Assembly (NCBI RefSeq): GCF_018350175.1
Contig: NC_058368.1
Coordinates: forward strand, 167,712,001-167,776,000
Length of the DNA stretch: 64,000 nucleotides
Reading direction: 5' to 3'
Origin: Felis catus
Taxonomy: Eukaryota
Part shown: in pieces, positions 13,477 to 26,163 of the stretch
Numbering within the stretch: position 1 is the first letter of the stretch
Layout: every line of letters begins with the position of its first letter
Notes under the pieces: model-generated
Databases searched by the model: none
Seen by the model: the letters and a program-made list of their open reading frames with translations, nothing else
What the model was told of the DNA's origin: nothing
Made by a program: the position numbers and the translations under genes

Positions 13477-13486
13477 TATCACTCTT

Positions 13487-14249
13487 TTTTTTTAATGAAT
13501 ATAATTTATGGTCAAATTGGCTTACACACAACACCCAGTGCTCATCCCAACAAGTGCCCTCCTCAATGCCCATCACCCATTTTCCCTCTCCCCCACTCCC
13601 CCATCCACCTTTAGTTTATGCTCTGTATTTTATAGTCTCTTGTGGTTTGCCTCCCTTCCTCTCTGTTTGTATCTATTTGTTTTTCCCCTTTCCTTTCCCC
13701 ATGGTCTTCTGTTTAGTTTCACAAGATCCACATATGAGTGAAAACATATGATATCTGTCCTTGTCTGACTTATTTCACTCAGCATAATACCTTCCAGTTC
13801 CATCCATGTTTCTGCAAATGGCCAGATTTCATTCTTTCTCATTGCCAGGTAGTATTCCATTGTATATATAAACCACATCTTCTTTATCCCTTCATCAGTT
13901 GATGGACATTTGAGCTCTTTCCATAATTTGGCTATTGTTGAAAGTGCTGCTGTGAACATTGGGGTACATGTGCCCCTATGCATCAGTACTCCTGTATCCC
14001 TTGGGCAAATTCCTAGTAGTGGTATTGCTGAGTCATAGGGTAGATCTGTTTTTAATTCCTTGAGGAATGTCCACACTGTTTTCCAGAGCGGCTCACCAGT
14101 TTGCATTCCCACCAACAGTGCAAGAGGGTTCCTGTTTCTCCACATCTTTGCCAGCATCTGTAGTTTCCCGATTTGTTCATTTTAGTCACTCTGGCCCGTG
14201 TGAGGTGGCATCTCAGTGTGGCCTTGATTTGTATTTCCCTGATGATGAG
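13487..14249 (-). mobile_element. 5'-truncated feliform L1 (L1_Fc-like): ORF2 C-terminus plus 3'UTR
   Basis: ORFs 13630-14157 and 14052-14288 give L1 ORF2 C-terminal peptides (RCWQRCGETGTLLHCWWECKLV, LPYDSAIPLLGI, WPFAETWMELEGIMLSEISQ); poly-T tail; TSD T(A/G)TCACTCTT. Confidence 0.95.
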
Positions 14250-14440
14250 TGTCACTCTTGAGGACACTCTTAGGATCTCATACTCCACATTTCTTCCTAG
14301 GCATGCTCTTGCATCTTGAAGGTCACCATTTCAGGTGCCTAGGGGCCAGGGCACATGCTCTGGGCAGGGGTGGGGGGCGGGTAGTTGCTTCTCAGAGTAG
14401 TACTTTATGGAAGTGCCATCTAGTATTAACTTTTGATTTC

Positions 14441-14653
14441 CTTTCTTTTTTTTTTTTTAAGCTTATTTATTTATTTTGAGAGAGAGAGTGAGTGAGCAGG
14501 GGAGGGGCTGAGAGACAGGGCAAGAATTCCAAGCAAGCTCCATACTGTCAGCACAGAGTCTGACGTGGAGCTTGAACCCACAAATGGTGAGACCATCACC
14601 TGAGCCAAAATCAAGTGTTGGATGCTTAACTAACTGAGCCACTGGGGTGCCCC
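14441..14653 (-). mobile_element. Can-SINE
   Basis: Exact TSD AACTTTTGATTTC at 14428-14440 and 14654-14666. Confidence 0.93.
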
Positions 14654-15789
14654 AACTTTTGATTTCTTAATGAGAAATAAAAAAAACCTAAATTTTCATG
14701 TGAATGTGCCCAATTTTTAAAGGTTGGCAACTTATTGACAAATTTACAAAATTGGACTAATGAAACTTGCCTACAGGCTTCCTTCAAGTATGGCCTCATT
14801 TTTCTCTCATAAAAGCCCCCTGGTAGAGGACACCCATCGCTTTAGCTTTACTTACAATCCTTGACATCCCCCTCCCCATCTCCTTCCTGACAGGAAGCTG
14901 TGTGACACAGCTGGCACTGACCTAACACCCTAGCACAAGTGTAAGCACACCAAGGGCAAAAGGTGGGCAGGACCTCAGGGCAGGGCAGAATGAGGACAGT
15001 CCCAAACTTGCCATAGTGAGAAAGTGGAATTTTGACCTCTTGGTTCTACTGCTGTGATAATATAAGGGGACCCCCCAGGCTACAGGGCTACAGTAGTACT
15101 CATTGCCACAGTGCCTGCCCTGTGCCTCCCTGGTGGAATGTTTTTTTCTTTGACAAGGGCGCTCAGGCCAGGGCAATTGTGGGTGAGAGATCTCAAAGTG
15201 GTCTAATTATCTTTTTTTTTTTTAAATCCACTTAAGATGATCTAAATTCTTCCCCTTTCCCCTGCTCCCTACCCGCCCCCCCACTCTAAAATATTCTTTC
15301 TGAAATCCACCCAACTCCCTTTGTTTGAGTTAGCAGATGTGCCCTTGAGTGTGCCTGGGTGAGTTTATTCTGTCACCTAAGAGGCAAAAGAAAGCAAATT
15401 CAATTTTACATAAGTAGTGAAAGAAAAATACCATCAGGAAGCTTCAGTGCAGCAACTGTAGACGTTTTTCACAAAAGGAACTTGAAAATGTTCTTTGTAA
15501 AAATGACAAAGTTTGATAACAAGAGTCAACAAACCAGTCTGGAAGCTGATGGCCCATAGACATGGTGGCCACTTGGCTTGGAATGGTAGCCATTAAGGGC
15601 ATTGAAACACGATATAGATCTCAGGTCCCATCTTTAACACAAGCAGACATTAGTTTACTCAAAATGGCTTACAAGTGATGTCTTTATTCCTCTCCTACTT
15701 AACGAGGTGCCTTACTATTTGAATATTGAAACATGGAATCAAACAAATTTATCAATCTATTTTTTTTCTAATTACTAGCATTCCAAATT

Positions 15790-16260
15790 AGTGAGATCTT
15801 TTAAAATATTCATGTTCTTTGACTTGGTAACACCACCATTCCAAGGAAACAATTCTAAACAACAGTAAAAAATAGAAAACACGTTCAATAGCCAATAATA
15901 GTGGAATGGTTAAGTAAGCCACAGTTTATGATATCAGTGCAATGTTATACAACTATTGCAATGATTATAAAGATTATGCAATACTGTAGAAAATACTTCT
16001 ACTAAAATGTAGTCAGAAGGGCAAGATGCAAAATTCTAAATAAGCATAATTATATATTATACAAGCCATCCAACCAACAAGGAAAAAAAAAGGAAAACAA
16101 ATCCTTTGTAGAGGAAATACGGGAATAGACAAAAATGTATTGAAAAGTTAAAAGTAGCTACAACTAACTGATAGTACTTTTTCTCCCTCTTTCCTTAATT
16201 TTCTGCATTTTCTTTAATGATCACATATTATTTTTACCATGGAAACAAAGTATAAATGTT
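15790..16260 (+). mobile_element. old L1M (L1MC/L1ME-type) 3' fragment
   Basis: CCAATAATAGTGGAATGGTTAAGTAAG...AATGTTATACAACTATT and AT-rich 3'UTR-like sequence. Confidence 0.55.
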
Positions 16261-18681
16261 TAAAATGGGGCTGGCCCTAATGCTTTAGAAAACGGCAGCT
16301 AACACCAAAATGGATTCAACAAAGTGGATTTCAGGCTGACATACAGGATTTTCTGAAGCAAAGGTTCATCCAGTGCAATGATGATCCCAAAGCATGCTTC
16401 TGAGGAGGGAAAATAAATCCCACTCTTCCCTCGAATAACTCTGCCAACACTACGCATAGAATCAAGTTAATCATTCTGAGGATGGTTTACAACCCAAAAC
16501 AAGAGATTCTCTTATTTTTTATCATAATCTCAGCAAAAGCTTGTATGAGTGGTACAATCGGTCAGAAAATTAACCTTATTAAAATCCAACCACAGTATTA
16601 AGTCAGGGATTTCCATGGAAGCAGATTCAGAAGGTTGAATGAATGTAATGTGAAGTGGAATTTCCTTTCATTTTGTACCCCCTTCCCTCATAAATCTCTG
16701 CCCTTCAATTTCATCAAGTGATCCTTTGTTCTGACATTCTGGGCAGGAAGTATGCAGAGAACTGATCAGCTTTCCCAACACCTCTCGTGATTTTTGAATA
16801 TGCACGTGTTTGAATACATCAAACACATCTGCTTCAAGACAGTCCATGCTAAATATTCTCAACATGTGTAATTCATATACCACGGCAGCTCCCTTCCTCT
16901 CCTCTCCCCTTTGTGTAATAGCAACTTACACATACACACACCAGAGTTTTCCCAGCCCGATTTTTAAAATGAAGGAAAACAAATTTACAACAAGAATGTG
17001 TAAAGAAAGCAGTATGCTCCTATGTCCAAGTAACCACCAAGAGTGAAATAGATCAAATTCAGTAAGTAGGAAGAGAGATGGGAAAGGCAGAGAGGATTGA
17101 GGCAGAGGAGAGAAATTTGGGCTGGAAATACAATTGTGTGGTTTTCAGAGGCTTTTCTGAGCTTTCTCTTCTCTATTATCACCTTACAAATAGCCCATTG
17201 AGTAGAAGAGAATACAAATATTTGTTTTAGATTTCTTGGCTAACGAAAAATTTTAAAGAAGATATTTTATTATTCTTGTATAGTTTTTTGCTTTATTCCT
17301 TTGTAGTGGCAAAAACACGCAAAATGAATGCACAAAACAAACATTACTATTGATGCCACATTGACTTACTTTTCATCTTGATTTCTTGGTCTCCGTGGCT
17401 CAGAAAAATGTACTGATTGGTTGGCAATTATTCCCAAGACCTTTCCATAGGGATGTGTAAGAATTAAGTCTTCAGGTATAAGAATTAAATTTGAAATAGA
17501 CCAAGTTCATATTATCTTTCCCCAGTCATTATCATCTTTCCCTTCATTTATCCAAAGTAAATATTACATACTCTCTCCCTGGCCTCTTTCCCAATTTTCT
17601 TGGTTGTATTTGAAAAGTCTTCAAACTCAACATGGCTTATCCTTGAAGGAACAGAATCACTGGCATTGAAAATCTATAACAAGGCTTCAAATTTTGTTCT
17701 GAAGGCAAACTGGGAGGAATTATTTTCTGTCCTTGGGATTTAGTTAACCTATTTGGATCCACTCAAAAAATAAGGATAACTATAGAACTTGATAGACTAG
17801 AACTCCTAAGAAGTTCAGGTGAACATCACTTTCTGGTAAACCATATTTAGTTCATCCTCCTATCAGCAACACTCAACACGGGTGAGGGTCAACATCCTAC
17901 CACTAAATGGTGCCTCACAGCCCCTGGTTCTTCCCTTTCCTGACTAGTTTTCAATTTTACAAAGAGATATGACCTTTACTCTATGGTTTCATATTTCCTT
18001 GAAAAGACAGGAAAAAAATATGGAAGACTTTATTAAAATGTCTTATAAAATCCTGCCCATTCCTTAAAAGCTGGCTCTAGCTTCCCAGCTTCTCTCTTCA
18101 TCCATTTCCATTGGAACTTGAAATCTTACTCTAGTTATCCAAGTCACGGTGGAAGTTTCTCATCATTTCCCACAGATTCCTGTGACCAGAGCATGCATTT
18201 AAAATAGCAATAGCTTTGCAAATTTGAATATACAAGTCTACAAGAGTTCCAAGTGCCAACTAGACTTGGGGTTACCAGGAGGTGTGGAGACGGCTTCTAA
18301 AATATTAGTAGACTGGCACACTGGTGTTAAAATTAACCCAGTGGAAGTGTTCCTCAATGAGTTACTTCTCAGTTAAAAAAAAGAAACAAACAAAAATAGG
18401 GTTCCATAACTACTGTGCACTGTGTGAAGAACATTATACATTACTTATTCAAATTTTGAAAGATTCTCTGGCCTCTATGAACCCTTCATTTTTCCTCCCG
18501 GGCTTTTCTCCCAGGAGGGATGTTGCTATGTGTGACCCTAGAAGCCACCCCAAATCTTTATTGGTCTCAGTTCTTTAGTAATTCCACTGACATCCACCTC
18601 AAAAACGTTGATACTTTCTTTTATAGTGACATTGGACAGACTATCTCTTTGGGATTGTCTTAATGAAAATGGAATCCAGCT

Positions 18682-18684
<3 letters not shown>

Positions 18685-18718
<34 letters not shown>
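18685..18718. repeat. (AC)17 microsatellite
   Basis: Direct reading. Confidence 0.98.
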
Positions 18719-18719
<1 letters not shown>

Positions 18720-19049
18720 ACATTCTTCTCTTGCTTCCAAACCCAAATGCTTTTACTTTCCTTTGATTTTCAGTGTGCCTCTTTGGGAGTAAAGACCTAC
18801 ATTGTTTTAGGCAACTTTCAGTGAATGGATCATTTCCCTGCCTTATTTCTGCATTATGAACACACTCATGATAACCATTAATGAGAGGAAGGGTTTTTAT
18901 GATAGCGTCTAGCATCCGGTTTTCAGCTCTTAAATTCTCCCTATATGCTCACGGATCCTATTACCTCTGGGAGAGCTCTTATTAATCTCAGTGTCAGAGC
19001 TGTTTCAACAAATCTACTGTAATAATGAAAAGTCATCTTATCACACTTT

Positions 19050-19520
19050 GCTCTCAGTAAATTTACCATTCTTTGATAAGGTTGCAAACAACTGGGAAGT
19101 AATTGATCTGTAATTAGTGTGGCAACTGCTGAAGAGAGTCTGTGCTGGGGTTTCATCATTTATCTGCCCAGCACAGCGCATCCTGCTCTCGAACACTAAA
19201 TTATTTAGCACTCCTTTCAAATACAAATGGTCTCAATGGGTTCTCCATTATTTTAAGAACTTTCTGAAGAGGAGGCTACCATTTAAATTTGTGATTATCT
19301 GTCACCAGTGCAGTGCTTAAAGGGGTGGGCCTGGAAGGGGATCATTTTTCACACATGACTCGCCTGCGGAAGCTGCCTGCACTATGAATGGAGAAGAACA
19401 GGGCTCTTTGATCTGACCAAACTTGCACAATTTATCTTTCAAACGCACTAAAGCTTTTGATAAATGTCAATTTGACAATTAAATTCTTCAAGGGCCACAA
19501 TATATCACCATCACAGTGTC
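19050..19520. promoter_or_regulatory. candidate enhancer / conserved non-coding element
   Basis: Non-repetitive; TCF/LEF CTTTGATC 19406-19413, C/EBP TTGCACAAT 19423-19431, palindromic TGTCAATTTGACA 19465-19477, several GATA. Motif-only evidence. Confidence 0.35.
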
Positions 19521-20865
19521 TATTTTTGAGGGTCGGTCAGCCGTAACATCTTTCAGCAGACTGCAGCAAGCAGAAGTCAGAGGGGAAATGATAGCTCTTA
19601 GGCCTCGCTCTTCTACACCAGGGTATTTTTATCTCTTACTAAGTGAAAGAGCTGTGATCTTTCTCTTCAAGACAGGGCACAACTCCAATGGCAGAGTTTA
19701 AGGTCTCTCTTGCAACCCAAAGTGATTATGTTCAAGATCTGTTCTCTATCATCCCTCTGATCTTTCAGGGTTGAAATGAATGAACCCTCTCCTGTCATGT
19801 GCTCTTTTTGACAGTCTATTGCTATAGTTCATATATATATAGGTAGATTTTTTTTTCTCCTCGCAAAGGTATTTTCCTTTGTGTTTTGCAAGAGACAAGT
19901 TAAGGCAAGGTTGTCGTTCTCCCATGTCTCAGAGTTGGTAGGAGGAGGGGGGAGTTGCGACTTTGGTTTGATGCTAAGACTCAGTTTATCCTTTGATTAC
20001 AAAGGTCACTGATGGAGTCAAAGAATGTGGAGTGTAGCTGCAGGTTGGAGGGAACAGAGAAACTAAACAGGAGGCATGAAGGTTTGAGGTGAGATTTCAC
20101 CGTCAAGGCCGTTCCAATCATTTAGGGTACAGGAAGTTAAAAGTTATTTCATGCCTAAGCTTGGATCTTTCTATGCCTCTTTGAGAACTAAAATAGCTAT
20201 CAGATCATGAGGAAGGATTGGTCTCTGCCTTCTCAGGGTTTACATTCAAAAGCACTTCTCCTCTTTGCTCTTTTTGCTCCATGAAAATGCAACCCTCTCT
20301 GGAAGAATAACAATTGTAATGTGACATTTTGAAATGTTTCACATGAAAGATGATTTCGAACTCCATGGTTACGAAGGAGTTTCTGAAGAGCTGACAAAGG
20401 AAGATGCTTTGGACACAGCAACAATGCCTCTGTGATCACCTTTCAGGCTCTTCCATCATCATAGATAATGTCGCCAAAGCCCAGCACAGCCCCACCACAT
20501 AGACATTCGGCGTAGATATGATGCTATCTTTTGACAAAACCGACATTTCAGTATGATTGCAAAGAAAACTAAAGCTCCCAGATCAGATGGCTGACCTGCT
20601 GAAAATACAGACATAAGTTGCTGTTCTGATGTCTGTGTGCTCTCCTTTCTCAAGGACTGAGGAGAATCACTGTAATCCTTACTATCTCTAAGAAAAAGTG
20701 AAAAAGAGCCAACTGACTAAGTGTCTTGAGGGCATCTCACTGTTTCCAACACAGATTAATTTTTTGGATGGGCTATCATGCAGTATTGTCAATCAGACCC
20801 TCCTCGAATTGTAATGTGACATTAGCCCTCAATACAGCTGGAGTCCTGAGTGCTGAGAGTGAGCG

Positions 20866-20887
20866 CACACACACACACACACACACA
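20866..20887. repeat. (CA)11 microsatellite
   Basis: Direct reading. Confidence 0.95.
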
Positions 20888-21638
20888 AATTGAGGTCACT
20901 TCCCTGACCTTCAAAATGTTTGCAGTTCTCTGATGTTTTGTAAAGGACTGAGAATAACAATTATTTTGTAGTTGGGGCTACCAGAGGATTTTATCGTGTT
21001 ATTTCAAAATGACAAAACTGGGCGCAATGACAGGGGGTGGAAAGTCATCCTGGTGAATGCCATTTTAAGGTACAGTTCTATATAGCGCCAAGAACTCTAG
21101 ATAAAATTTACCAAGTGATCATTTAGCTTTTCTATGGCAGCCATATGCTATTTAGCTCTTTGCTCTGTTGTGTGTCTTAATTTAAGTTACAAACCTTCCC
21201 AACTCTATCTTATTGAATTGTTTTTCTCCAACTCTATCTTATTGAATATCTTTAAAAATATCAGTGGTTAGGTAAATCTCTATTTACTGATGGATAAACA
21301 ATCACCTATTTTAAGTACTGATATTCAGACATTCCATCTATCATAATATTTTCTTCTAAGAGACTGGCAAAGTCCTTCGCAATGATATTGCTGATGTAAT
21401 AAACTTCTAAAATATTCTTCTCTGTGTAAATTGTCTTCTGAAACATCACTAAATGAATCAAGCACACTAAGTTTATGGAAATCAGACTGAAAAGTTAATC
21501 CATAATTGAGAATTTCACCATTTACTCCAAAATTGCACTTTGTAAGTATCTTCTGTTATCTAACAGTCTCTCCTGCTTCTAGAACTTCCCAGGTCTTTGT
21601 TCCTTGCAATGTCTTTTGATGCTTCACATGCTGTAGAA

Positions 21639-22780
21639 CAGGCCCATCCCTACCACTGGTGGGTAGCGTCTCAGGCAGGAGCACAAATCCAGGCCAACAT
21701 ATTATATATCTAAATATTGAAAAGTTACACTGTATGTCTGAAAGGTTACACTGATTGAGGTTAGCACGCTCAATAAAATGTTTATTCTTCTATCCTGACA
21801 AATAAATGTTCATAATAACAACATTGAGTAATATATAAAAAGACATAGTTCTTATATGACTAAGAGTCTGAAAAATAGTTAAAAAATGACAGAATTCAGT
21901 TACTCTTGCACATGTCTGGATGTTTTGTTGATATGCTGCTGTTTGAATAAATAATAAAATAAGACATACATAATTCATAAATTATTATATATTTATCTCC
22001 TAAAATTTTTTTCTTGCCTTCCTTTCAGCAACATTATGTTGTTTTATTTATTTCTTAAAATTTTTATTTAGGTGAAATCCACATAACATAAAATTAACCA
22101 TTTTAAAGTGAACGATTCAGTGGCCATGCATGCTCAATATGCAACCACCCTCCTATATAGTTGCAATACACTTTTATGACCCCCCACAAAAAGCCCCACA
22201 GCTACTAAGTCCTTACTCCCCATTTCCCACTTCCCCAGCCTCTAGCAACCATGAACAAAAATATGTTGTAATAATTAAGGTTTTCACATAATTTTTGTTC
22301 TATTGCCAAAAATGATCTGGTGTTAAATGTGAAAGGAAATAGTAATCAAATATGAAATCTGAATACATTTGCATCAAAACTTTAAATCAAACATAAAAAT
22401 TATTTATATTTAGTTTTCAAATATTTCTCAAGGAAGTTAATTTTCTTCTACAATGTTAAAATTATATATTGAAATTAAAAGTCTAAATATAAATTATCAT
22501 CACCGAACATAAAAATTTTAAGTAAACTTTAAAAAATAATGTTAACTTTCTAATTTACTTTTTGAAATTTCATTAGTTTCACAAAAATTAAATATATGCA
22601 ATCCTAACATTCAATGTTCAATATAAGATACCTACAGGTACACAAATTTAGTAGTAACATTAGTTATTCAATATTGTAAAATGTTCCCCAGCTACCATAT
22701 GAAACCTGCAAACACCAGGCTAAGTTGTGGGCACCTCCAGAACAGTGAATAAGGACATAACTAGAAGAAACAAAAACAGA
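21639..22780. mobile_element. Zaphod/MER115-like hAT-Tip100 DNA transposon fragment
   Basis: Terminus CAGGCCCATCCCTA...CAACATATTATATATCTAAATATTGAAAAGTTA; homologous in reverse complement to about 61150-62248. Confidence 0.65.
22043..22253 (-). mobile_element. L1MB-type 3' end nested in the Zaphod-like element
   Basis: GGTGAAATCCACATAACATAAAATTAACCATTTTAAAGTG...CCCCAGCCTCTAGCAACCA; possible TSD TATGTTGT. Confidence 0.85.
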
Positions 22781-22824
22781 TACTTCTAACTAGGGATGTG
22801 CTGCTAAACCAGTGAGGGAGGGAA

Positions 22825-22982
22825 AGTGCCCTGATTAGTAGTGTTTACCAATTACATGGTGTAAATACTCTCACAATGGCTAATTTCAGGCTATCAATGA
22901 TTTAAAAACCAGGTCTCAAAATTTCCTGCCTCTAACAATTGGCTCTTGGGAGCAGGTATAAGCTAGCCCCAACACTCTGCTG
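22825..22982. mobile_element. MER63-like hAT-Blackjack element
   Basis: GCCCTGATTAGTAGTGTTT...GGTGTAAATACTCTCACAATGGCTAATTTCAGGCTATCAA...TAACAATTGGCTCT. Confidence 0.75.
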
Positions 22983-23385
22983 TTTAGCACCTTGAGAAAT
23001 GATACACTATTATGCTATTATGTAGGGGTGTGTAACATCCATTTTATCTGAGAGGAAGAGCTTGTCTTTTCTTACAAGGCATCCTCAGCTCAATGGTCCC
23101 CATACTTAGAAACAGTCTCTATTTCTTTCTAACGCTAAGTTTCTTTTGAGCCATTTGGCTCAATTTTCTCTGGTACACACGATGCCCACTCAATTTATAG
23201 AGTTCGGGATGTTTTTATAATGGTAAAAACATTGAATTATAGAATTATTTCTTTTTCCATTATTGATTCTTATAGTTTTGTGAATTATAAATGTGGATAG
23301 TGGATCTCCTTCACTTATCTGCTATATCTATCTTTACCTATAATTTTTCTTTCCAAATGCTTTTTAACTCTTAACATTTCCAGGT

Positions 23386-23409
23386 CCCCCCCCCCCCCCC
23401 CCCCCCCCC
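23386..23409. repeat. C24 mononucleotide run
   Basis: Direct reading. Confidence 0.95.
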
Positions 23410-23699
23410 GCCCAGCACTGACACATTACTAATTTATATTCTCTTTATTGTCTTTCCTTCCTTGGAATCCTTCCAATTTTATTTTTATTTTTATGACAGT
23501 TTTGTTTTTTTGTCTACTTCCTCTTTTAGTTCTGCCAAGTCATTTCATCTCTCCATTGGCTCATATCTTTCTGTAGTTTTTGCATTTCTATATTGTGATC
23601 TCCCTGGTCCAGCAGAAGGCTACACACAGCTCCCATCCATCACTCCAAACAAAGAAGGTATAGCTTGCCTTTTTCTGCATGAGTCTCACTTTCTGCAAG

Positions 23700-25420
23700 T
23701 GGATTTAAAACTGAGGTGTAATTTACATTCAATGAAATGCACAAATTTTAAATGTTCAAGCTGACGAGTTCACAACTGTTTATGCCTTATACCTTGTAAC
23801 CCTCACCTTTACCAAGTTATGGGACATTTCCATCGTACCAGAAAGTTTCTTTGAGTTTCTTCCCTGTCAGTCACTACTTTCTTCCACCCCATTGTTTTAC
23901 ATGTCAACCACTATTGTGATTTTTATCACCACAGATTAGCTTTGCCAGTCCTATGATTTGTATAAATGGAATCATACACTATGGAATCTTTCTGTATTTG
24001 GCTTCTTTCACTCAGCATAAATTGTTTAAGATCAATTAAACTTCTGGGTAAGACAGCAGTTTATTCTTTTTTTGTTGAGGATTGGTGTTGTATTGTAAGA
24101 ATAAACCTCAAGCCATTTATCCATTGTTAATGGAAATTTCGGTTGTTACCTAGGTTTCACTATTATGACTAAAGCTGGCATGAAAACTCTTGTACACATA
24201 TTTTCATAGAAAAACACATTTATTAATTTGGAGTAAAGACCTAGCAGTGGAATGTTGGGCCATAAGTATTTTTAACTTTATCACAAAGTTTTCTACAATT
24301 TTACATCTGCATAGGAAATGTATGAGAATTCTATTTGGTCCACATTCTCAACAATACTTCACAGTGTCAAATCATTTTCATTTTGTCCATTTTAGTGGAC
24401 TGTAGTGGTATCTGCAGTGTTAATTTGCATTTCCCTGATGACTACTGATTTGAGGAATATTTGGTGTACATATTAATCAATCACATATCTTCCTTGGCAG
24501 AGGGTCCCTTTGCCATTTGTAGTAAAAAAGTTGCCAAGGAAAGTTCTGGCCTTTGTGCTTGTTTTCTGGGAAGTAATTTATGTTATACTTTTGTTTAGGG
24601 CATGGGTGCTGGCCACCGAAAGATCAACCTTATGAATGGAGGCTGGGTGCTTTGGGTCACGTGGAGTCAGTTCACCTATAGGCTGAGATCAACCATGTAG
24701 GCAATCAATCAATCAATCAATCATGCCTATGTAATGAATTCCCATTAAAAAGTATGGATCCCAAACTTCAGATGAGCTTTCCAAATTGGCAGTACTCTGT
24801 ATATACCGTCAAACATCAATGCTGGGAGGGTAAAGTATCTTGGGGACAATAGAAATCTCAAATTGGGGACCAACCCAGACTCTGCCCTCGCAGTCTCTTT
24901 CTTTGACTAATTTTCTGTATTTTTTTTTCTATAATAAATTGTAACCGAGAGTATAATAGCTTTTGGTAAGTTCTGTGAATACTCCAGAGAATTATTGAAC
25001 ATGAAGGTGGTTTTGGAACCACCCCCCACCAAACTTGAAATTGGTGTCAGAAGTGAGAGTGATCTTGTGGAAGACTGTGCCCTAAGACTTTGCAGTTTAG
25101 CTAACTTTGGGTATATCCATTTTTATAGGATTATTTGGTATTTTGTTATTGAACTATAGATGCTCTTTACATATTTTGAATACAAGCACTTTGCCAAGTA
25201 TATCTAAGGCAAATATTTTCTCCCTGTGTGTGGTTTGCCTATTTGTTTAACAGTGTGATTAAATGAGCAAAAGTTTTGACTTGGAAGAAGTCTAATTCAT
25301 TATTTTTTTCTTTTATACTTATTGTTTTCTGTGTCCTGTCTATGAAATCTTTTCTTGTTCTGGTGTAATACAGATATTTTGCTATGTTTTCTCTAGAAGC
25401 TTTATGCCCCTCATATGTTA
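23700..25420 (-). mobile_element. old L1M (L1MC/MD/ME-type) 3' region, interrupted by an LTR
   Basis: TGAGGTGTAATTTACATTCAATGAAATGCACAAATTTTAA, TAAATGGAATCATAC, GGCTTCTTTCACTCAGCAT, TTAATTTGCATTTCCCTGATGACT. Confidence 0.85.
24518..25116 (+). mobile_element. ERVL solo LTR, MER21/MER77 group
   Basis: Starts TGTAGTAAA; CAATCAATCATGCCTATGTAATGAA, GAGTATAATAGC, TTGGTGTCAGAAGTG; 5-bp TSD CCATT at 24513-24517 and 25117-25121. Confidence 0.8.
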
Positions 25421-25942
25421 TCTTAGAATTTATTGATTATACCTGTCTATCTTCTTACTGAAAAGGATGTTCACTTAAATTTCTTCATTTACTTTCGCTT
25501 TTATATGGAGGAAAGAGAGACAATGGTGACCCATTAAAACAGTAATTTTAATTTAGAAAAACATTAGTTTTGTATATTTGAGATCAGTTGCATTACTAAA
25601 AGGCATGAATTTATAGCTCTTTTGAAAGTAAACTTTACTCCAGGAGATTATAGTACCAGCCCCATATAGGTGTATGATATTGAAACAAACACTTTACTCC
25701 TTCTGAGAAAGGAAAGACCAATGGCATGTGCTTTTGACAAGGGGAATGGGGAGTCAGAGACCCAATGGCCCACACTCAAATATTACCAGATGGCACTGAG
25801 GTAAAGGAAGAGCAATGGAAGAGACAGGACAGAAGAGTCCGTGATCAATTTTTCAATGTAGATGCTTTCTTTTTTCTTAAAAAATACTTGGACAATTTAT
25901 AATACCTATTTCTATAATAAGCCGAAAACTCCCTTGTGACTT

Positions 25943-26163
25943 AAAAAAAAATTTTTTTTTCAACGTTTATTTATTTTTGGGACAGAGAGAGACAGAGCAT
26001 GAACGGGGGAGGGGCAGAGAGAGAGGGAGACACAGAATCGGAAACAGGCTCCAGGCTTCGAGCCATCAGCCCAGAGCCCCACGCGGGGCTCGAACCCACA
26101 GACCGCGAGATCGTGACCTGGCTGAAGTCGGACGCTTAACCGACTGCGCCACCCAGGCGCCCC
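25943..26163 (-). mobile_element. young SINEC_Fc-type Can-SINE
   Basis: CpG-rich, near-consensus (AATCGGAAACAGGCTCC, GAGATCGTGACCTGGCTGAAGTCGGACG); TSD CCTTGTGACTT. Confidence 0.97.

Noticed and set aside
13630..14157. 175-aa ORF as a host gene
   Set aside because: L1 ORF2 C-terminus in a 5'-truncated, frameshifted copy.
16668..16883. 71-aa ORF with protein-like composition
   Set aside because: No recognisable homology or convincing splice sites; length within chance expectation.
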